A stretch of 64,000 nucleotides of DNA from the IMG/VR virus record IMGVR_UViG_3300027822_000001, positions 1-64,000 of that record; one strand, given 5' to 3'. Origin of the DNA: a virus. The notes beneath the pieces were generated by a model that was not told where the DNA came from, did no database searches, and saw only the letters and a program-made list of their open reading frames with translations. How positions within the stretch are numbered: the first letter of the stretch is position 1; every line of letters begins with the position of its first letter. Positions 9,845 through 20,156 of this stretch are shown here, in pieces. Both the position numbers and the translations under genes were made by a program.

Positions 9845-10672
9845 ATGATGATTGATACTATTAGATTTCCTTTTTCAGGCAGAACAACATTTAACATATT
9901 ATGGATAGCAGATGCTCACTATGATAGTAAATATTGCGATTTAAATAAACTAAAAAAGGATATGACTGAAGCTCAGTATATAATAGTTAGTGGAGACTTT
10001 TTCGACGTTATGGAGGGATACTTTGATAGAAGAAGGTCAGGAAAAGATGAAAGGTTTAAAAAAACACTTTACATTAATGACTTAATAGATGAGACAGTAT
10101 TGTTTTTAGAGCCCTTCAAAGATAAAATAATAGGCTGGAATAAAGGAAATCATGAGTTGGCTTTTGAAAAATATAGTCAGATTGATTTGACAGCTGAAAT
10201 ATTTAAAAGATTAAAAATAGATGTTCCAAGACATGGGATGCAAGGCTATTATGTTTTGTCATTTCATAATAAAGCATCAAAGCATTCCTATTCTACAGTA
10301 ATCTTTCACACACATAATACTGGATTTGGGGGAAGAAGAAGTAAAGGAGCTAATGCAGCTGATATACTTCTTGGAGAAAGACCTGATGCTGATGTGATAA
10401 TAGGGGAGCACTCACACAGAGGAGTTATAGTTCCTTTAAAAGTCGAGAAAGTTAATAAAGCTAGAAAAATAAAATATATAACTAGATATTTTGTTCAAGG
10501 ACTTATGTACAAAGCCGCTGATGAAGATACAAAAGGAATGTCCTTTGAGATAGACAAAGGAAGAGGTCTTATGCCAATAGGTGGTATAAATATAAATATT
10601 TCTATTCTTAGACGTGGTGCAAACACATCAAACACTGCATCAGATGTCGAAGTAAAAGTTAGTTATACATAA
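9845..10672 (+). CDS. Calcineurin-like metallophosphoesterase
   Basis: ADAH, GDFFD, GNHE, H..GFGG and GEHSH motifs. Confidence 0.85.
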   Translation: MMIDTIRFPFSGRTTFNILWIADAHYDSKYCDLNKLKKDMTEAQYIIVSGDFFDVMEGYFDRRRSGKDERFKKTLYINDLIDETVLFLEPFKDKIIGWNKGNHELAFEKYSQIDLTAEIFKRLKIDVPRHGMQGYYVLSFHNKASKHSYSTVIFHTHNTGFGGRRSKGANAADILLGERPDADVIIGEHSHRGVIVPLKVEKVNKARKIKYITRYFVQGLMYKAADEDTKGMSFEIDKGRGLMPIGGININISILRRGANTSNTASDVEVKVSYT

Positions 10673-10677
10673 TAGAT

Positions 10678-11097
10678 ATGATAGAATTTATAAAAGAATC
10701 ATGGTTTATAATACTAGCTGGATTTTTAATTCCTACCATATTCTTTATATTTAAAGAGTTTTTTAAATTAAAGAATAGAAAGATGGATGATGAAGTAGAA
10801 AGAATTAAAGAAGAAGCTAGTTTTAAAGAAATAATTAACAGAAAGTTAACAGATATAGAAAATAAAATAACAGAGCAGTTTACAAAACTAGAAAAGATGT
10901 ATTTAACTGCTAATTCAAAAGTAGAGGCAAATAGAAATGATATATATAGTAACAAGCGAGATATAGAATCTATTGAGAAAGAAATAGAGAATACTAAAGA
11001 GTGTCAAAAAGACATTGAAGATAAGATGTATGCTCTTAATAGAAAAGTTACAGATAGATTACTAATAATAGAAACCCTTAATAAACATAATAAATGA
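10678..11097 (+). CDS. Single-TM coiled-coil protein (holin-like candidate)
   Basis: N-terminal TM helix followed by a charged coiled coil. Confidence 0.5.
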   Translation: MIEFIKESWFIILAGFLIPTIFFIFKEFFKLKNRKMDDEVERIKEEASFKEIINRKLTDIENKITEQFTKLEKMYLTANSKVEANRNDIYSNKRDIESIEKEIENTKECQKDIEDKMYALNRKVTDRLLIIETLNKHNK

Positions 11098-11774
11098 CAC
11101 TAGATTATTATATAGCTGATATAAGAGCAGCAACTAGAAACTTACATGATGATGGCAATCTAGATGACAGACTTATAGTTAGATGGATTAATACACAAAG
11201 AGCACTATGGATTAAGAGGCAAATAGGAAAAGAATATATAATTAGTAGTAATATATCTCAAACTATACCTTGTATCGAACTCAAAGTAGCTACAGCATCT
11301 GAATGTAATTTATTTAAAACAGATAGTAGATTATTAGTTTCAACTAAAATTCCTAAACCAATAGAACTTAATGATAGGCTGGCAATTATTGATGTCAGAA
11401 CTCCAGAATTACTTGGATACTCAATTACTCTTGTTGATAGAACTGATTTAAAGTATGTAAATAATGGTAGATTTAATAGTATGGATATATATGCTACCTA
11501 CTTTAGAGATAGACTGTATCTTAAGGTGCCAGAAAATAACTTTAAAGCTGCTTTGTTAACTTATATATCTTATGAAGCAGTACTGGAGAATCCTACAGAA
11601 GCCTCTGGTTATAATAATTGTGATAACTCTCCATGTTTTGATATTGATAATGATAATTATCCACTTAGTGATGCTTTATGGGAGTACATTCAAGGACAAA
11701 TAATAACTAATAAATATGAAATTCGTGAACAAATTAGAGACACAGGAGAGAACAACGAGAGCGGGGACAGTTAA
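11094..11774 (+). CDS. Tail ring protein (crAss-type)
   Basis: MTL..I..I...DD..LDDRLI..WI...RA.W...Q.I.C and C-terminal YP motif, typical of crAss ring proteins; position upstream of IHF and muzzle genes. Confidence 0.65.
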   Translation: MTLDYYIADIRAATRNLHDDGNLDDRLIVRWINTQRALWIKRQIGKEYIISSNISQTIPCIELKVATASECNLFKTDSRLLVSTKIPKPIELNDRLAIIDVRTPELLGYSITLVDRTDLKYVNNGRFNSMDIYATYFRDRLYLKVPENNFKAALLTYISYEAVLENPTEASGYNNCDNSPCFDIDNDNYPLSDALWEYIQGQIITNKYEIREQIRDTGENNESGDS

Positions 11775-12222
11775 AGCCCACTTTACTAGAGAAGAAACAG
11801 TTTACTTAGATGGTATTTATAATATTCAGAGGAAATACTTAGGAACTAAGTTATCCTATAAACAGTATAAATACTTATTAGCTAGTATAAATGATAAGGT
11901 ATTTAATGCTATGCTAGAAGGCTATGAGCATACCTTACCAGCAGGCTTAGGTAAAATGCAAAATAACATCGTCAAATGTGAGATGGTGTCTGAGGGAGAT
12001 ATAATAAATAAAGGTAGAACTACTTATCCTATAGATTCAGCAGCTACTAGAGAGACTGTGGCTGCTGGAAAACCTCAAATAATATATGACTTTACAATTG
12101 ATAAAGTCTTGAAGTTTAGATGGTACAAACACTCATTTAAGAATAGAGCTAAGTACTTTCTTAAACTTAACCATAATATTCAGTTAAAACTGTATAAGTA
12201 TGCAAAATATAAATTACGTTGA
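11716..12222 (+). CDS. HU/IHF-like DNA-binding protein (crAss-type)
   Basis: INDKVFNAMLEG....LPAGLG pattern and basic composition; conserved position between ring protein genes. Confidence 0.6.
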   Translation: MKFVNKLETQERTTRAGTVKAHFTREETVYLDGIYNIQRKYLGTKLSYKQYKYLLASINDKVFNAMLEGYEHTLPAGLGKMQNNIVKCEMVSEGDIINKGRTTYPIDSAATRETVAAGKPQIIYDFTIDKVLKFRWYKHSFKNRAKYFLKLNHNIQLKLYKYAKYKLR

Positions 12223-12823
12223 TATAGATTTTATAATGGAGAAATATAATGAAGATAAACTCCCAAATACAGACTTAAAAGAGCATCAAGCTAAAGAATG
12301 GATATATGAATCCCTCCGCAAAATCGGTAGTATGCAACTATTCGAACAGAAGACGGAGATTTTGAAAGTTGTGAATAATCAGGCAAGAGTTCCTGGTTAC
12401 ATAAACAATATAATAAACATTAGAGACAAAAATAATAACAATATGGTGCTTGAGCAGTCAGAGTATAATAGAGCTTCATCGAAGATATATTATATGCTTA
12501 GAGGCAGAGTTATAAGACTGTCAACAAGTACCGAAGAAATACACATAGACTATTTAGGAATTCCGACGGATGAGAAAGGAAGTCCTTTAGTACTAGATAA
12601 CACGTATGTAATATCAGCAGTTCTTGCTTATCTACACTTTAAAATAGCTAAAAAGCTATGGATTACGAATAGATTAAGTCCTCAAAAATATATGGATTTT
12701 GAACAAGAATGGTTGTTTTACGTCAACTCTGCATCAGAAGCAGTTGATACACCCAGCTTTGACGATTTGGAAAGTTGGGATTCTTTGTTTCTGGGTTTCC
12801 CATTGAATAGAATGAGGAATTAA
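12200..12823 (+). CDS. Tail tubular/ring protein (P22 gp4-like, Ttub)
   Basis: EWIYESLRKIG and IDYLGIPTDEKGSPLV motifs; immediately upstream of the muzzle gene. Confidence 0.7.
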   Translation: MQNINYVDIDFIMEKYNEDKLPNTDLKEHQAKEWIYESLRKIGSMQLFEQKTEILKVVNNQARVPGYINNIINIRDKNNNNMVLEQSEYNRASSKIYYMLRGRVIRLSTSTEEIHIDYLGIPTDEKGSPLVLDNTYVISAVLAYLHFKIAKKLWITNRLSPQKYMDFEQEWLFYVNSASEAVDTPSFDDLESWDSLFLGFPLNRMRN

Positions 12824-12922
12824 TTTAAAGGAGATATAAGATGAAGAAATACCTTAGAGAAGTCCGATTGCGGGCGAGAGCTATAATATATATATTCTCC
12901 CTACCGCCTGAAAACTAATATT

Positions 12923-15900
12923 ATGGAAAGTATAAATGTTTTTACGCAAGGGATGGATAAAGATACCTCTGATGAGTTAATTTCGACACAACGATATAGA
13001 CATTTAGAGGGAGGAGATATTCTTTATAAAAGTGGAGATAGCGCTGGAACTGTAGTAGATATAAAAGGTAATGAAGTTTTAGATATAGTATGGGCTACAG
13101 ATACTGGTGAATATCCAGTAGGTTATATAGATGTTCTTACTGAAGTCGCAACAAATCCATACTCTTCTGTTTATAAGATTAGAGGAGTTGGATATATTAG
13201 AGATGACATTGTACTATTATATGCGGGAGCTAATTCTTACATGATAGTAGATTTATTAAAATATGATGAAGCTAATAACAGATACATAAGAATTAACATA
13301 TTCTATGAAGAACATTTAGATGTATCTCAGAGTAATTGGTTCGTTGTTAATACTAGATATGAGAATGAAGCTAGTTTAAAAGTTTATTTCTCAGAGAAGA
13401 ACAATGACGAAGGGGTTATAAATAATCTTAGATATTTAAATGTAGCCCCTGATATTGTTGATGGTGTTATTTTAAATAATAAGTTACAAGCTAGCTATAA
13501 TAGATATAGACCATTTCCTACAAGTGGAATAGAATCTTTGGGAAAAATTACATCTACTATGTTACCAGCTCCTACTTTAGATAGTAAGAGTAGTGGTGAT
13601 TTATATAATGGTGTTTATCAATATTGTTATAGGTATTTTAATGAGTTTGGAAATAAGTCTGGCATTAGTGATTTAAGTGAACTTATTCATTTAAGTAAAA
13701 GTGGTTATACAGATACTAGGGAATTAAGAGGGGGTCTTACTACTGGTACTATAGATGAGATAAATTCAAATAAAGCTATAAGTATATCTATACCGACAGA
13801 TACTTCATACACTCATGTAGAAGTTATAAGATTATGGTATAGTAGTTTTACTTCAATACCAACTATGGCTGTTATAAGACAGCTTCCTATGTCAACTTCA
13901 ACAAATCAAATTATAACAGATAGTTCTTTTGATTCTGTTGTTAGAGAACTAGACTATAATGAGCTTAATGCATTGAGCAACTTATATAGTGCTAAAGCAG
14001 TAGTAGATAAGGATGATGTACAGTTGCTGCTTAATATTGATGAAGATAGCTTTGATATTGATTTTGATGCTAGAGTTTATCAATATGATTCTGGACATAC
14101 TTGTCAACTACAAAATGAGAGTGGAGCAAGTGAGCTATCTTTTACAGCAGCAACTAAAGATTATGCTAACATACCAGAAGAGAATGATTGTGTTAATCCT
14201 ACGAATAAGCTATCAAATGACTTTTTAACAGCTCTCAATGGATTTAAGTATAATGAAGCAGGAACACTTGGTGCCGATGGTTTAAATGTTCATGTTACTT
14301 ACACTACTAAAACTATAACATTAGAAAGCTCTTCAATAGAACTCAACTCGTATTTAGAACTTAATACAGACTTTAGAGAAGATACCGCTTTAGGAAGAAA
14401 ACGTTTCTTTCAGAGTGATGAAATATATAGACTTGGACTAGTATTTAGAGATACATATGGAAGATTTACTCCTGCTAAATGGATGGGAGATTTGAGAATG
14501 CCTAGTTATGATGATTTATGGGGTGCCTCTGGAGCTATAGCTAATAGTCCTGCTGTAAGAGTGGCTGTTCCAAGAATTACAGTTAATACTGCTGGAACTG
14601 AAGCTGAAGGTTTAGCTTATAAAATTGTTTATGTAAAGAGAGAGAAACTAGATAGGACAGTTGTAACAGAAGGTCTAATGACTGGTGTTAGATATCCTGA
14701 TTCTGATTTACCAGAGTTTGAACATAGACCTGCTGAATATATGAATGCTAGATATGTTAATACTCATGGAGATATCGAAAGGTGTTTTGCTGCGTGTTTA
14801 CCACATAATTCGAGCTATCCATATACTGATGTTATGGGTATTGTTAGTCCTGAAGTTTTATATAATAAAGATACTAATTTTAACGGTTGTAGATTAGATG
14901 TAAAAGCTACTTTTGATATTAATACTTCTTCTACTGGTAATGGTAATGGAGAGCCTAATTATGACAATACTGTTATATTTTCAGCAGAGCCACCATTTGA
15001 AGGAGATACTATTCAAGATTTACCACAGTTTAAAATGTATAGAACTAAGACAGGAGATTTTGTTTCTAGAAGTGATAGTAGTACTTTTGATATTTTAGAA
15101 GATAAATTTGCTTTAAGTGGTAGTGCTGTTAGTATTAATGGAATAGAGATAGCACAATATGCTATATCGTTTGTTACTGATACTTCTGTTTCTTCTAAAG
15201 ATATATATATGATGGGTAATCCTTGCACAACACATTATGTTGCTTTAGACCAATCTGTATATAGTGTTGGAAATATTAATTCATGGTCTATTCCTTATGT
15301 AAGAGTAAGAAAGGATACTGTTCAGTATGGGGGAAGAAGTTATGAGGCAAGACAAAATAATGTATATATAAGTGCCAGCGAATTAACAACTGCTTCTTAT
15401 ATAGATTTATATTTTGGAGATACTTTTATAACTATGTTTGAGTATCAAAGAACACAATTTCCTTTAGATAACTTAGATGATAATAGCGACCCAGAAGATA
15501 AACCTTATAGAATAAGTGCATCAGAAACTGTTTTAGTTCCTGTTCAATCAACAATAAATACTAATTTTAGAAGTGCTGAAAGTTTCTGTTCTTTACAAAG
15601 GGGATTAATAGGAAATTCTACATATCATAATATGCAAGTAAGAGAAGAAGGATTAGGATACTTTCAAACAACATATGGTAGGTATTCAAGCACAGGTGCT
15701 CCTACAACTTTAACGGCATATAAAGTTAGTGGTTCTTCTATATCATTAAGACCTCTGTATGAATATAATTCTGTATATAGTAAAATAAATAATGCTAAAT
15801 TATTTATATCAACTTTACCAACTTCTTTTGACAACAAACATTTTGATACTAGAATAAGATATAGTGATAAAAAGAACAATGGAGAGTTATATGATTCTTG

Positions 15901-17302
15901 GCTAATATATAAAACTGCTAACTTTAAAGATTTAGATAATAAGTTTGGTAGTATAAATAATGCACTTAAGTTTAATAATGAAATAGTAGTATGGCAAGAT
16001 AATGCTACTGCTTTTTTAGTGATAAATCCAAATGTGCAGATGCAAGGAGATGATGGCATATCTATGTATATGGGAACTGGAAAGTTCTTACATGATGTAA
16101 AATACTTAAGTACTGATATAGGATTACAAGGAATAAATGAAGTAGTACCAAGTATATCATCTATTTATTGGTTAGATAATAATAAGAAGAAAATCTATAG
16201 ATTATTGCAAGGGTTGGAATCTGTATCTGATACTAAGTTGATGAATAGTTATTTTGCAGCTACAGTAAAAAGAGATACTAGATTTATAGGAGTATATGAT
16301 AACTCTAGAAAGACAGTTATAGCAACCTTACTTAATTATGTTGGTAACTATATAGATAATGATTTGTTTAGTGTCACATACAGCACAGAACCTACCATAA
16401 TTGTTGCAGGAGATACAAATAATGTAGAAATGATTTCTGGAGATTCATATAATTTAACTTCAGGAAGTTATTCTGGTGAATATATTTTAGATAAGTTAAC
16501 GTCTACTTCTTTAATGTTTACTAGAGTAAACGGAGATTTGTTGCCAATAGGAATTATATTTTTAAGGAAATATTTAAAGTATTATAGCTCTTATACTGTA
16601 GAATTTGATGAGATGCTAGATGCCTTTAAAGGATTCCAACCTTATATAACTTCTTTGTACTTGAAAGGAAACAAACAAGTATTTAGTACAGAAGATGATG
16701 CTTTATTGTATGAACATAATGTTGGTAATAGAAGAACATTCTATGGAATTAAATATGATTTGATACTTGACTATGTTTCTAATAAAGAACCAATAATAAA
16801 TAAAAAGTTTGAAGCTTTAACAGTAGATAATCAATCTATAGATGAAACTAGAGATTATGAAAATATCGTTGACTATGATGGAGCTGAAAATATCACATTC
16901 GATGGTGTAAGAGTTTTAGCAGATAGAAATATGACTGAGTATATAGATTTACATACTAAAGATGGTATGATAACTACTGAACTTATTAATGGAACTCCTA
17001 CTGGAAATATAGACCCTACTGTATATAATGGTGCAAATAGGGTAATACATGATACTAATGGAATAAGGATTATACCTTATCCAACACATTTATATAATGT
17101 CCGAATGACTTTAAACAAGTTTAGACTAACATTACCTAGAATTAAGACAGGCAGAGTAGATAGTACAAACAATAATAAGTTAATAACAGAACTTGTTAGA
17201 GGAACAACTGCTACTGTTAGATTAGTTTATTCTAACATAACTGAAAACATATTTAAAGTTAGGAACATCATAACACATTTTACTACAAATGAAATCCAAT
17301 AA
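12923..17302 (+). CDS. Muzzle / tail stabilisation protein (P22 gp10-like, Tstab)
   Basis: 1459 aa; N-terminal NVFTQGMDKD, GVYQYCYRY, EIYRLGLVFRD..G, YGG.SYEARQNNVYI, GDTFI, RIRYS.KK.NGE..DSW. Confidence 0.8.
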   Translation: MESINVFTQGMDKDTSDELISTQRYRHLEGGDILYKSGDSAGTVVDIKGNEVLDIVWATDTGEYPVGYIDVLTEVATNPYSSVYKIRGVGYIRDDIVLLYAGANSYMIVDLLKYDEANNRYIRINIFYEEHLDVSQSNWFVVNTRYENEASLKVYFSEKNNDEGVINNLRYLNVAPDIVDGVILNNKLQASYNRYRPFPTSGIESLGKITSTMLPAPTLDSKSSGDLYNGVYQYCYRYFNEFGNKSGISDLSELIHLSKSGYTDTRELRGGLTTGTIDEINSNKAISISIPTDTSYTHVEVIRLWYSSFTSIPTMAVIRQLPMSTSTNQIITDSSFDSVVRELDYNELNALSNLYSAKAVVDKDDVQLLLNIDEDSFDIDFDARVYQYDSGHTCQLQNESGASELSFTAATKDYANIPEENDCVNPTNKLSNDFLTALNGFKYNEAGTLGADGLNVHVTYTTKTITLESSSIELNSYLELNTDFREDTALGRKRFFQSDEIYRLGLVFRDTYGRFTPAKWMGDLRMPSYDDLWGASGAIANSPAVRVAVPRITVNTAGTEAEGLAYKIVYVKREKLDRTVVTEGLMTGVRYPDSDLPEFEHRPAEYMNARYVNTHGDIERCFAACLPHNSSYPYTDVMGIVSPEVLYNKDTNFNGCRLDVKATFDINTSSTGNGNGEPNYDNTVIFSAEPPFEGDTIQDLPQFKMYRTKTGDFVSRSDSSTFDILEDKFALSGSAVSINGIEIAQYAISFVTDTSVSSKDIYMMGNPCTTHYVALDQSVYSVGNINSWSIPYVRVRKDTVQYGGRSYEARQNNVYISASELTTASYIDLYFGDTFITMFEYQRTQFPLDNLDDNSDPEDKPYRISASETVLVPVQSTINTNFRSAESFCSLQRGLIGNSTYHNMQVREEGLGYFQTTYGRYSSTGAPTTLTAYKVSGSSISLRPLYEYNSVYSKINNAKLFISTLPTSFDNKHFDTRIRYSDKKNNGELYDSWLIYKTANFKDLDNKFGSINNALKFNNEIVVWQDNATAFLVINPNVQMQGDDGISMYMGTGKFLHDVKYLSTDIGLQGINEVVPSISSIYWLDNNKKKIYRLLQGLESVSDTKLMNSYFAATVKRDTRFIGVYDNSRKTVIATLLNYVGNYIDNDLFSVTYSTEPTIIVAGDTNNVEMISGDSYNLTSGSYSGEYILDKLTSTSLMFTRVNGDLLPIGIIFLRKYLKYYSSYTVEFDEMLDAFKGFQPYITSLYLKGNKQVFSTEDDALLYEHNVGNRRTFYGIKYDLILDYVSNKEPIINKKFEALTVDNQSIDETRDYENIVDYDGAENITFDGVRVLADRNMTEYIDLHTKDGMITTELINGTPTGNIDPTVYNGANRVIHDTNGIRIIPYPTHLYNVRMTLNKFRLTLPRIKTGRVDSTNNNKLITELVRGTTATVRLVYSNITENIFKVRNIITHFTTNEIQ

Positions 17303-19949
17303 AAAGAAAAAGACAAGTAAAAAGTTACCTTTTAGAAGAGAGGAGTCTGGATTACCATTGGCTTGGGTAGGAGCTATGCTTGATTTAATAGGCTCTGGTT
17401 CTAAAATGGTGTCTTCTGGTCAAGATGCTTTAGGACATACTAATGAGTATGGGTATAGAACTGATAGTTCTACTATGCTTGGTGGAGAAAATATGCTTAA
17501 TCCAGTAGGAAAATCTGGTTCTATCTTAAAAAGTGATATGTCTGGTAGAGATAAGCTTAAAGGAATAGGTGGAGCTTGGTTGGGAGTCGTTCCCGGACTT
17601 GCTGGAGTTAGTGGAAACGTAACTGAAAGATTAAATGATAAATATTCTAGTTTATCGGCAGAAGATGAAAAGATTAGACAAGGACTAGATACAATGTTAA
17701 ACACGCAACATGTAGATAGAAATATACCTACCTTTGCATTAGGAGGAGACATAGGAGACCCACCAACACCAATTATACCTAACTCATACTTTTCGGGTTT
17801 TGGAATAGATACTACTAGACTTAGTACAAATGATAAAGAAAGATTTGATACTATGAAAGGAATAGTTCAATTTCAAAAAAGAGACTTTACAGATATTGAA
17901 AGACAGTATGGCTTAGAGTACTTTAAAAATGTAGATAAGAAAGATTCTATTCGTAGAGAACAAGAGCTTCAAGATGCTATGGATTTAGTTAAAGATAATA
18001 AACTACCAGAATTAGCCTTAGGTGGACCGATACGTAGTCAGGTTGCTCTATTAAATAAGCAAGCTTCTAATAGAGGTATAACAGAAGAAGAACAAATTAT
18101 GATAGATAATAATACTAGACCAGAAGATAATCCTTACTCTTACTTATTTGAGGAAATGGTAGGAGATAGGGAGCCACAATTAGAGTATGCTGGAGGTGGA
18201 GAAATTCCTAATGGTATTGATAAAATAATAGGAAACAATCATGAACAAGGTGGAGTTAATATTGGAGGTAGAGTTGAAGGCGAAGGTGGAGAAACTAAGG
18301 ATGCTAATTATATCTACTCTGATAGATTTAAAATTGATAAAGAAGATATTAAGAGGTTTGACTTACCTAAACATTATGCTGGCAAAACGCTTGCAAATAT
18401 AACTGAGAAAATATCTAAGAAGTATGAACTTAGGGAAAATGACCCTTTAGATAATAGAGATAAGAGAGCAGAAATGGATGTCATTAAGGGAATACAAAAA
18501 CAAAAACAAGCTATAGAGTTATTAGAAAGAATGAAGAAATTAGCTAAAACCAATCCTGAAGCTCTTGCTCAAATGCAACAACAAGGAATGGGTCAGCCTA
18601 GAAGGGATGGCAGTGGTCAAGGCATGGGAATAGGACAACAGTTAGCTCAAACTAATGGTGGTGCTGGAATACCTAAAGCAGCATATGGAATGGATATATC
18701 TCCAATAGATAAACCAAATCCTTATGGAACTTATGATATGTCTAAATTAACAGCACAAGATAAAACTAATTTAAATAGCTTTAATAAGTCGGAACTTTCA
18801 GCCTATAACGATTCATTTGATTGGAATAATGTAGATAGCATTAAAGGATTACAACAGCATTTAATAGATAATGGTGTTACTATTCCTGGAGGAGCTGATA
18901 ATAAAGGGCAATGGTTTACTTTAGATGCAATGAAGAATAATCAAGGTTTAGTAAATGACTACTTAGTTTCAACTAATTATAATGGTAATGATTCTACTAC
19001 TGGAGATGAGGTTTATGATAACTATGCTGATGAAAAAGAAGATGCTACTGGAGCAGGCTTACTAACAAGACCAGAAGATAAAAATTGGTTTAGTGACTAT
19101 CTTAATGGATTAAATAATAATAAAGAGAAAAGCTCATTACCATTGTATGCAGACGGATTAAGTCATTCTTCAGCAGGAGATAACTCTATTACACCAGACA
19201 GTATAAGTGCTAATGATGGAGAGTCTAGTAACATTGAAGATAAGTTTCATTCATCAGGAGCAACACTAGCTAATGTATTTGATATAGCTAGAGGAGTTAT
19301 TGGCTCTTTTGCTCCTAAGAAGCAACCAAACCTTATAGGTGCACCACAAGTAAATGCTGCCTATTTAGACCCAACAAGAGCACTACAGTCAGCTACTACT
19401 TCAGAACTTACTACTGAGAGTAATATAGCTAATTCTGGCATAGGAGCTGGCTCAATATTAGCTTCAAGACTAGCATTAGCAAGTAATGCAGCTAAGACTA
19501 AAGCAACTATTAATGCTCAATATGATGCTCAGAATAGTGCAATCTTTAATAAAGCTAACATGTTTAATGCCCAAATGCAAATGACAAAAGCTCAAACAAA
19601 TCAAGGAGAACTTAGATATAATGAACAAATAAATCAACAAGAAAAAGATGTTGCTTTAAACACTATACAGACTGGCTTACAAAATGTTGCTGAGAATAGA
19701 CAGATGCAACAGTATATGTCTAATCAAAAAGAAAATCAAGATATGCTATTAGGAACTATCGGAGGAGATTATGTTAAACTTGTTCGTGATGGTAATACAC
19801 TATCTATAGTTCCTACAAACACTAGTAATACAGACACAGGAGACACTAGAGATGAGGCTGGAATAGTCAAATATCTTAAGTCTCTTGGTAGAACAGATGA
19901 GGAGATTAAAACAATGATGGATGAGTATAGAGCATCTTATGGTGGCTAA
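17289..19949 (+). CDS. Cargo/ejection protein 1
   Basis: HEQGGV...VEGEGGET motif, repeated A(L/G)GG motifs, Gly-rich hydrophobic segment, N/Q/A-rich C-terminal helix; follows the muzzle gene. Confidence 0.7.
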   Translation: MKSNKKKKTSKKLPFRREESGLPLAWVGAMLDLIGSGSKMVSSGQDALGHTNEYGYRTDSSTMLGGENMLNPVGKSGSILKSDMSGRDKLKGIGGAWLGVVPGLAGVSGNVTERLNDKYSSLSAEDEKIRQGLDTMLNTQHVDRNIPTFALGGDIGDPPTPIIPNSYFSGFGIDTTRLSTNDKERFDTMKGIVQFQKRDFTDIERQYGLEYFKNVDKKDSIRREQELQDAMDLVKDNKLPELALGGPIRSQVALLNKQASNRGITEEEQIMIDNNTRPEDNPYSYLFEEMVGDREPQLEYAGGGEIPNGIDKIIGNNHEQGGVNIGGRVEGEGGETKDANYIYSDRFKIDKEDIKRFDLPKHYAGKTLANITEKISKKYELRENDPLDNRDKRAEMDVIKGIQKQKQAIELLERMKKLAKTNPEALAQMQQQGMGQPRRDGSGQGMGIGQQLAQTNGGAGIPKAAYGMDISPIDKPNPYGTYDMSKLTAQDKTNLNSFNKSELSAYNDSFDWNNVDSIKGLQQHLIDNGVTIPGGADNKGQWFTLDAMKNNQGLVNDYLVSTNYNGNDSTTGDEVYDNYADEKEDATGAGLLTRPEDKNWFSDYLNGLNNNKEKSSLPLYADGLSHSSAGDNSITPDSISANDGESSNIEDKFHSSGATLANVFDIARGVIGSFAPKKQPNLIGAPQVNAAYLDPTRALQSATTSELTTESNIANSGIGAGSILASRLALASNAAKTKATINAQYDAQNSAIFNKANMFNAQMQMTKAQTNQGELRYNEQINQQEKDVALNTIQTGLQNVAENRQMQQYMSNQKENQDMLLGTIGGDYVKLVRDGNTLSIVPTNTSNTDTGDTRDEAGIVKYLKSLGRTDEEIKTMMDEYRASYGG

Positions 19950-19964
19950 TCCAAAATCATCTAA

Positions 19965-20039
19965 AAAGTTCGATTTCTGAACTTTTAATTTTTGATACAT
20001 CGTATCATTTTTATAAAAAAAGTCTGAAATTTGGACTTT
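19965..20039. promoter_or_regulatory. Pair of AAAGT-N11-ACTTT boxes (19965-19985, 20019-20039)
   Basis: AAAGT TCGATTTCTGA ACTTT and AAAGT CTGAAATTTGG ACTTT flanking a TGATAC-atc-GTATCA hairpin; the motif recurs at 41.4 and 56.1 kb. Confidence 0.65.
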
Positions 20040-20071
20040 AAAGTATCTTAAAATTTAAAATTCTGCAATTT

Positions 20072-20105
20072 TCCCCGACAATTTTCTAAGTTTTCGGGGA
20101 TTTTT
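20072..20105 (+). terminator. Putative intrinsic terminator
   Basis: TCCCCGA...TCGGGGA followed by TTTTT. Confidence 0.55.
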
Positions 20106-20156
20106 GTAGGCATACATTATAAGACACTTTAATAATTAACACAATAAAAAAACAAT

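Noticed and set aside
19800-20000. 66-aa minus-strand ORF over the end of cargo 1
   Set aside because: It runs across the dyad boxes and antisense to a real gene; better explained as a chance frame.
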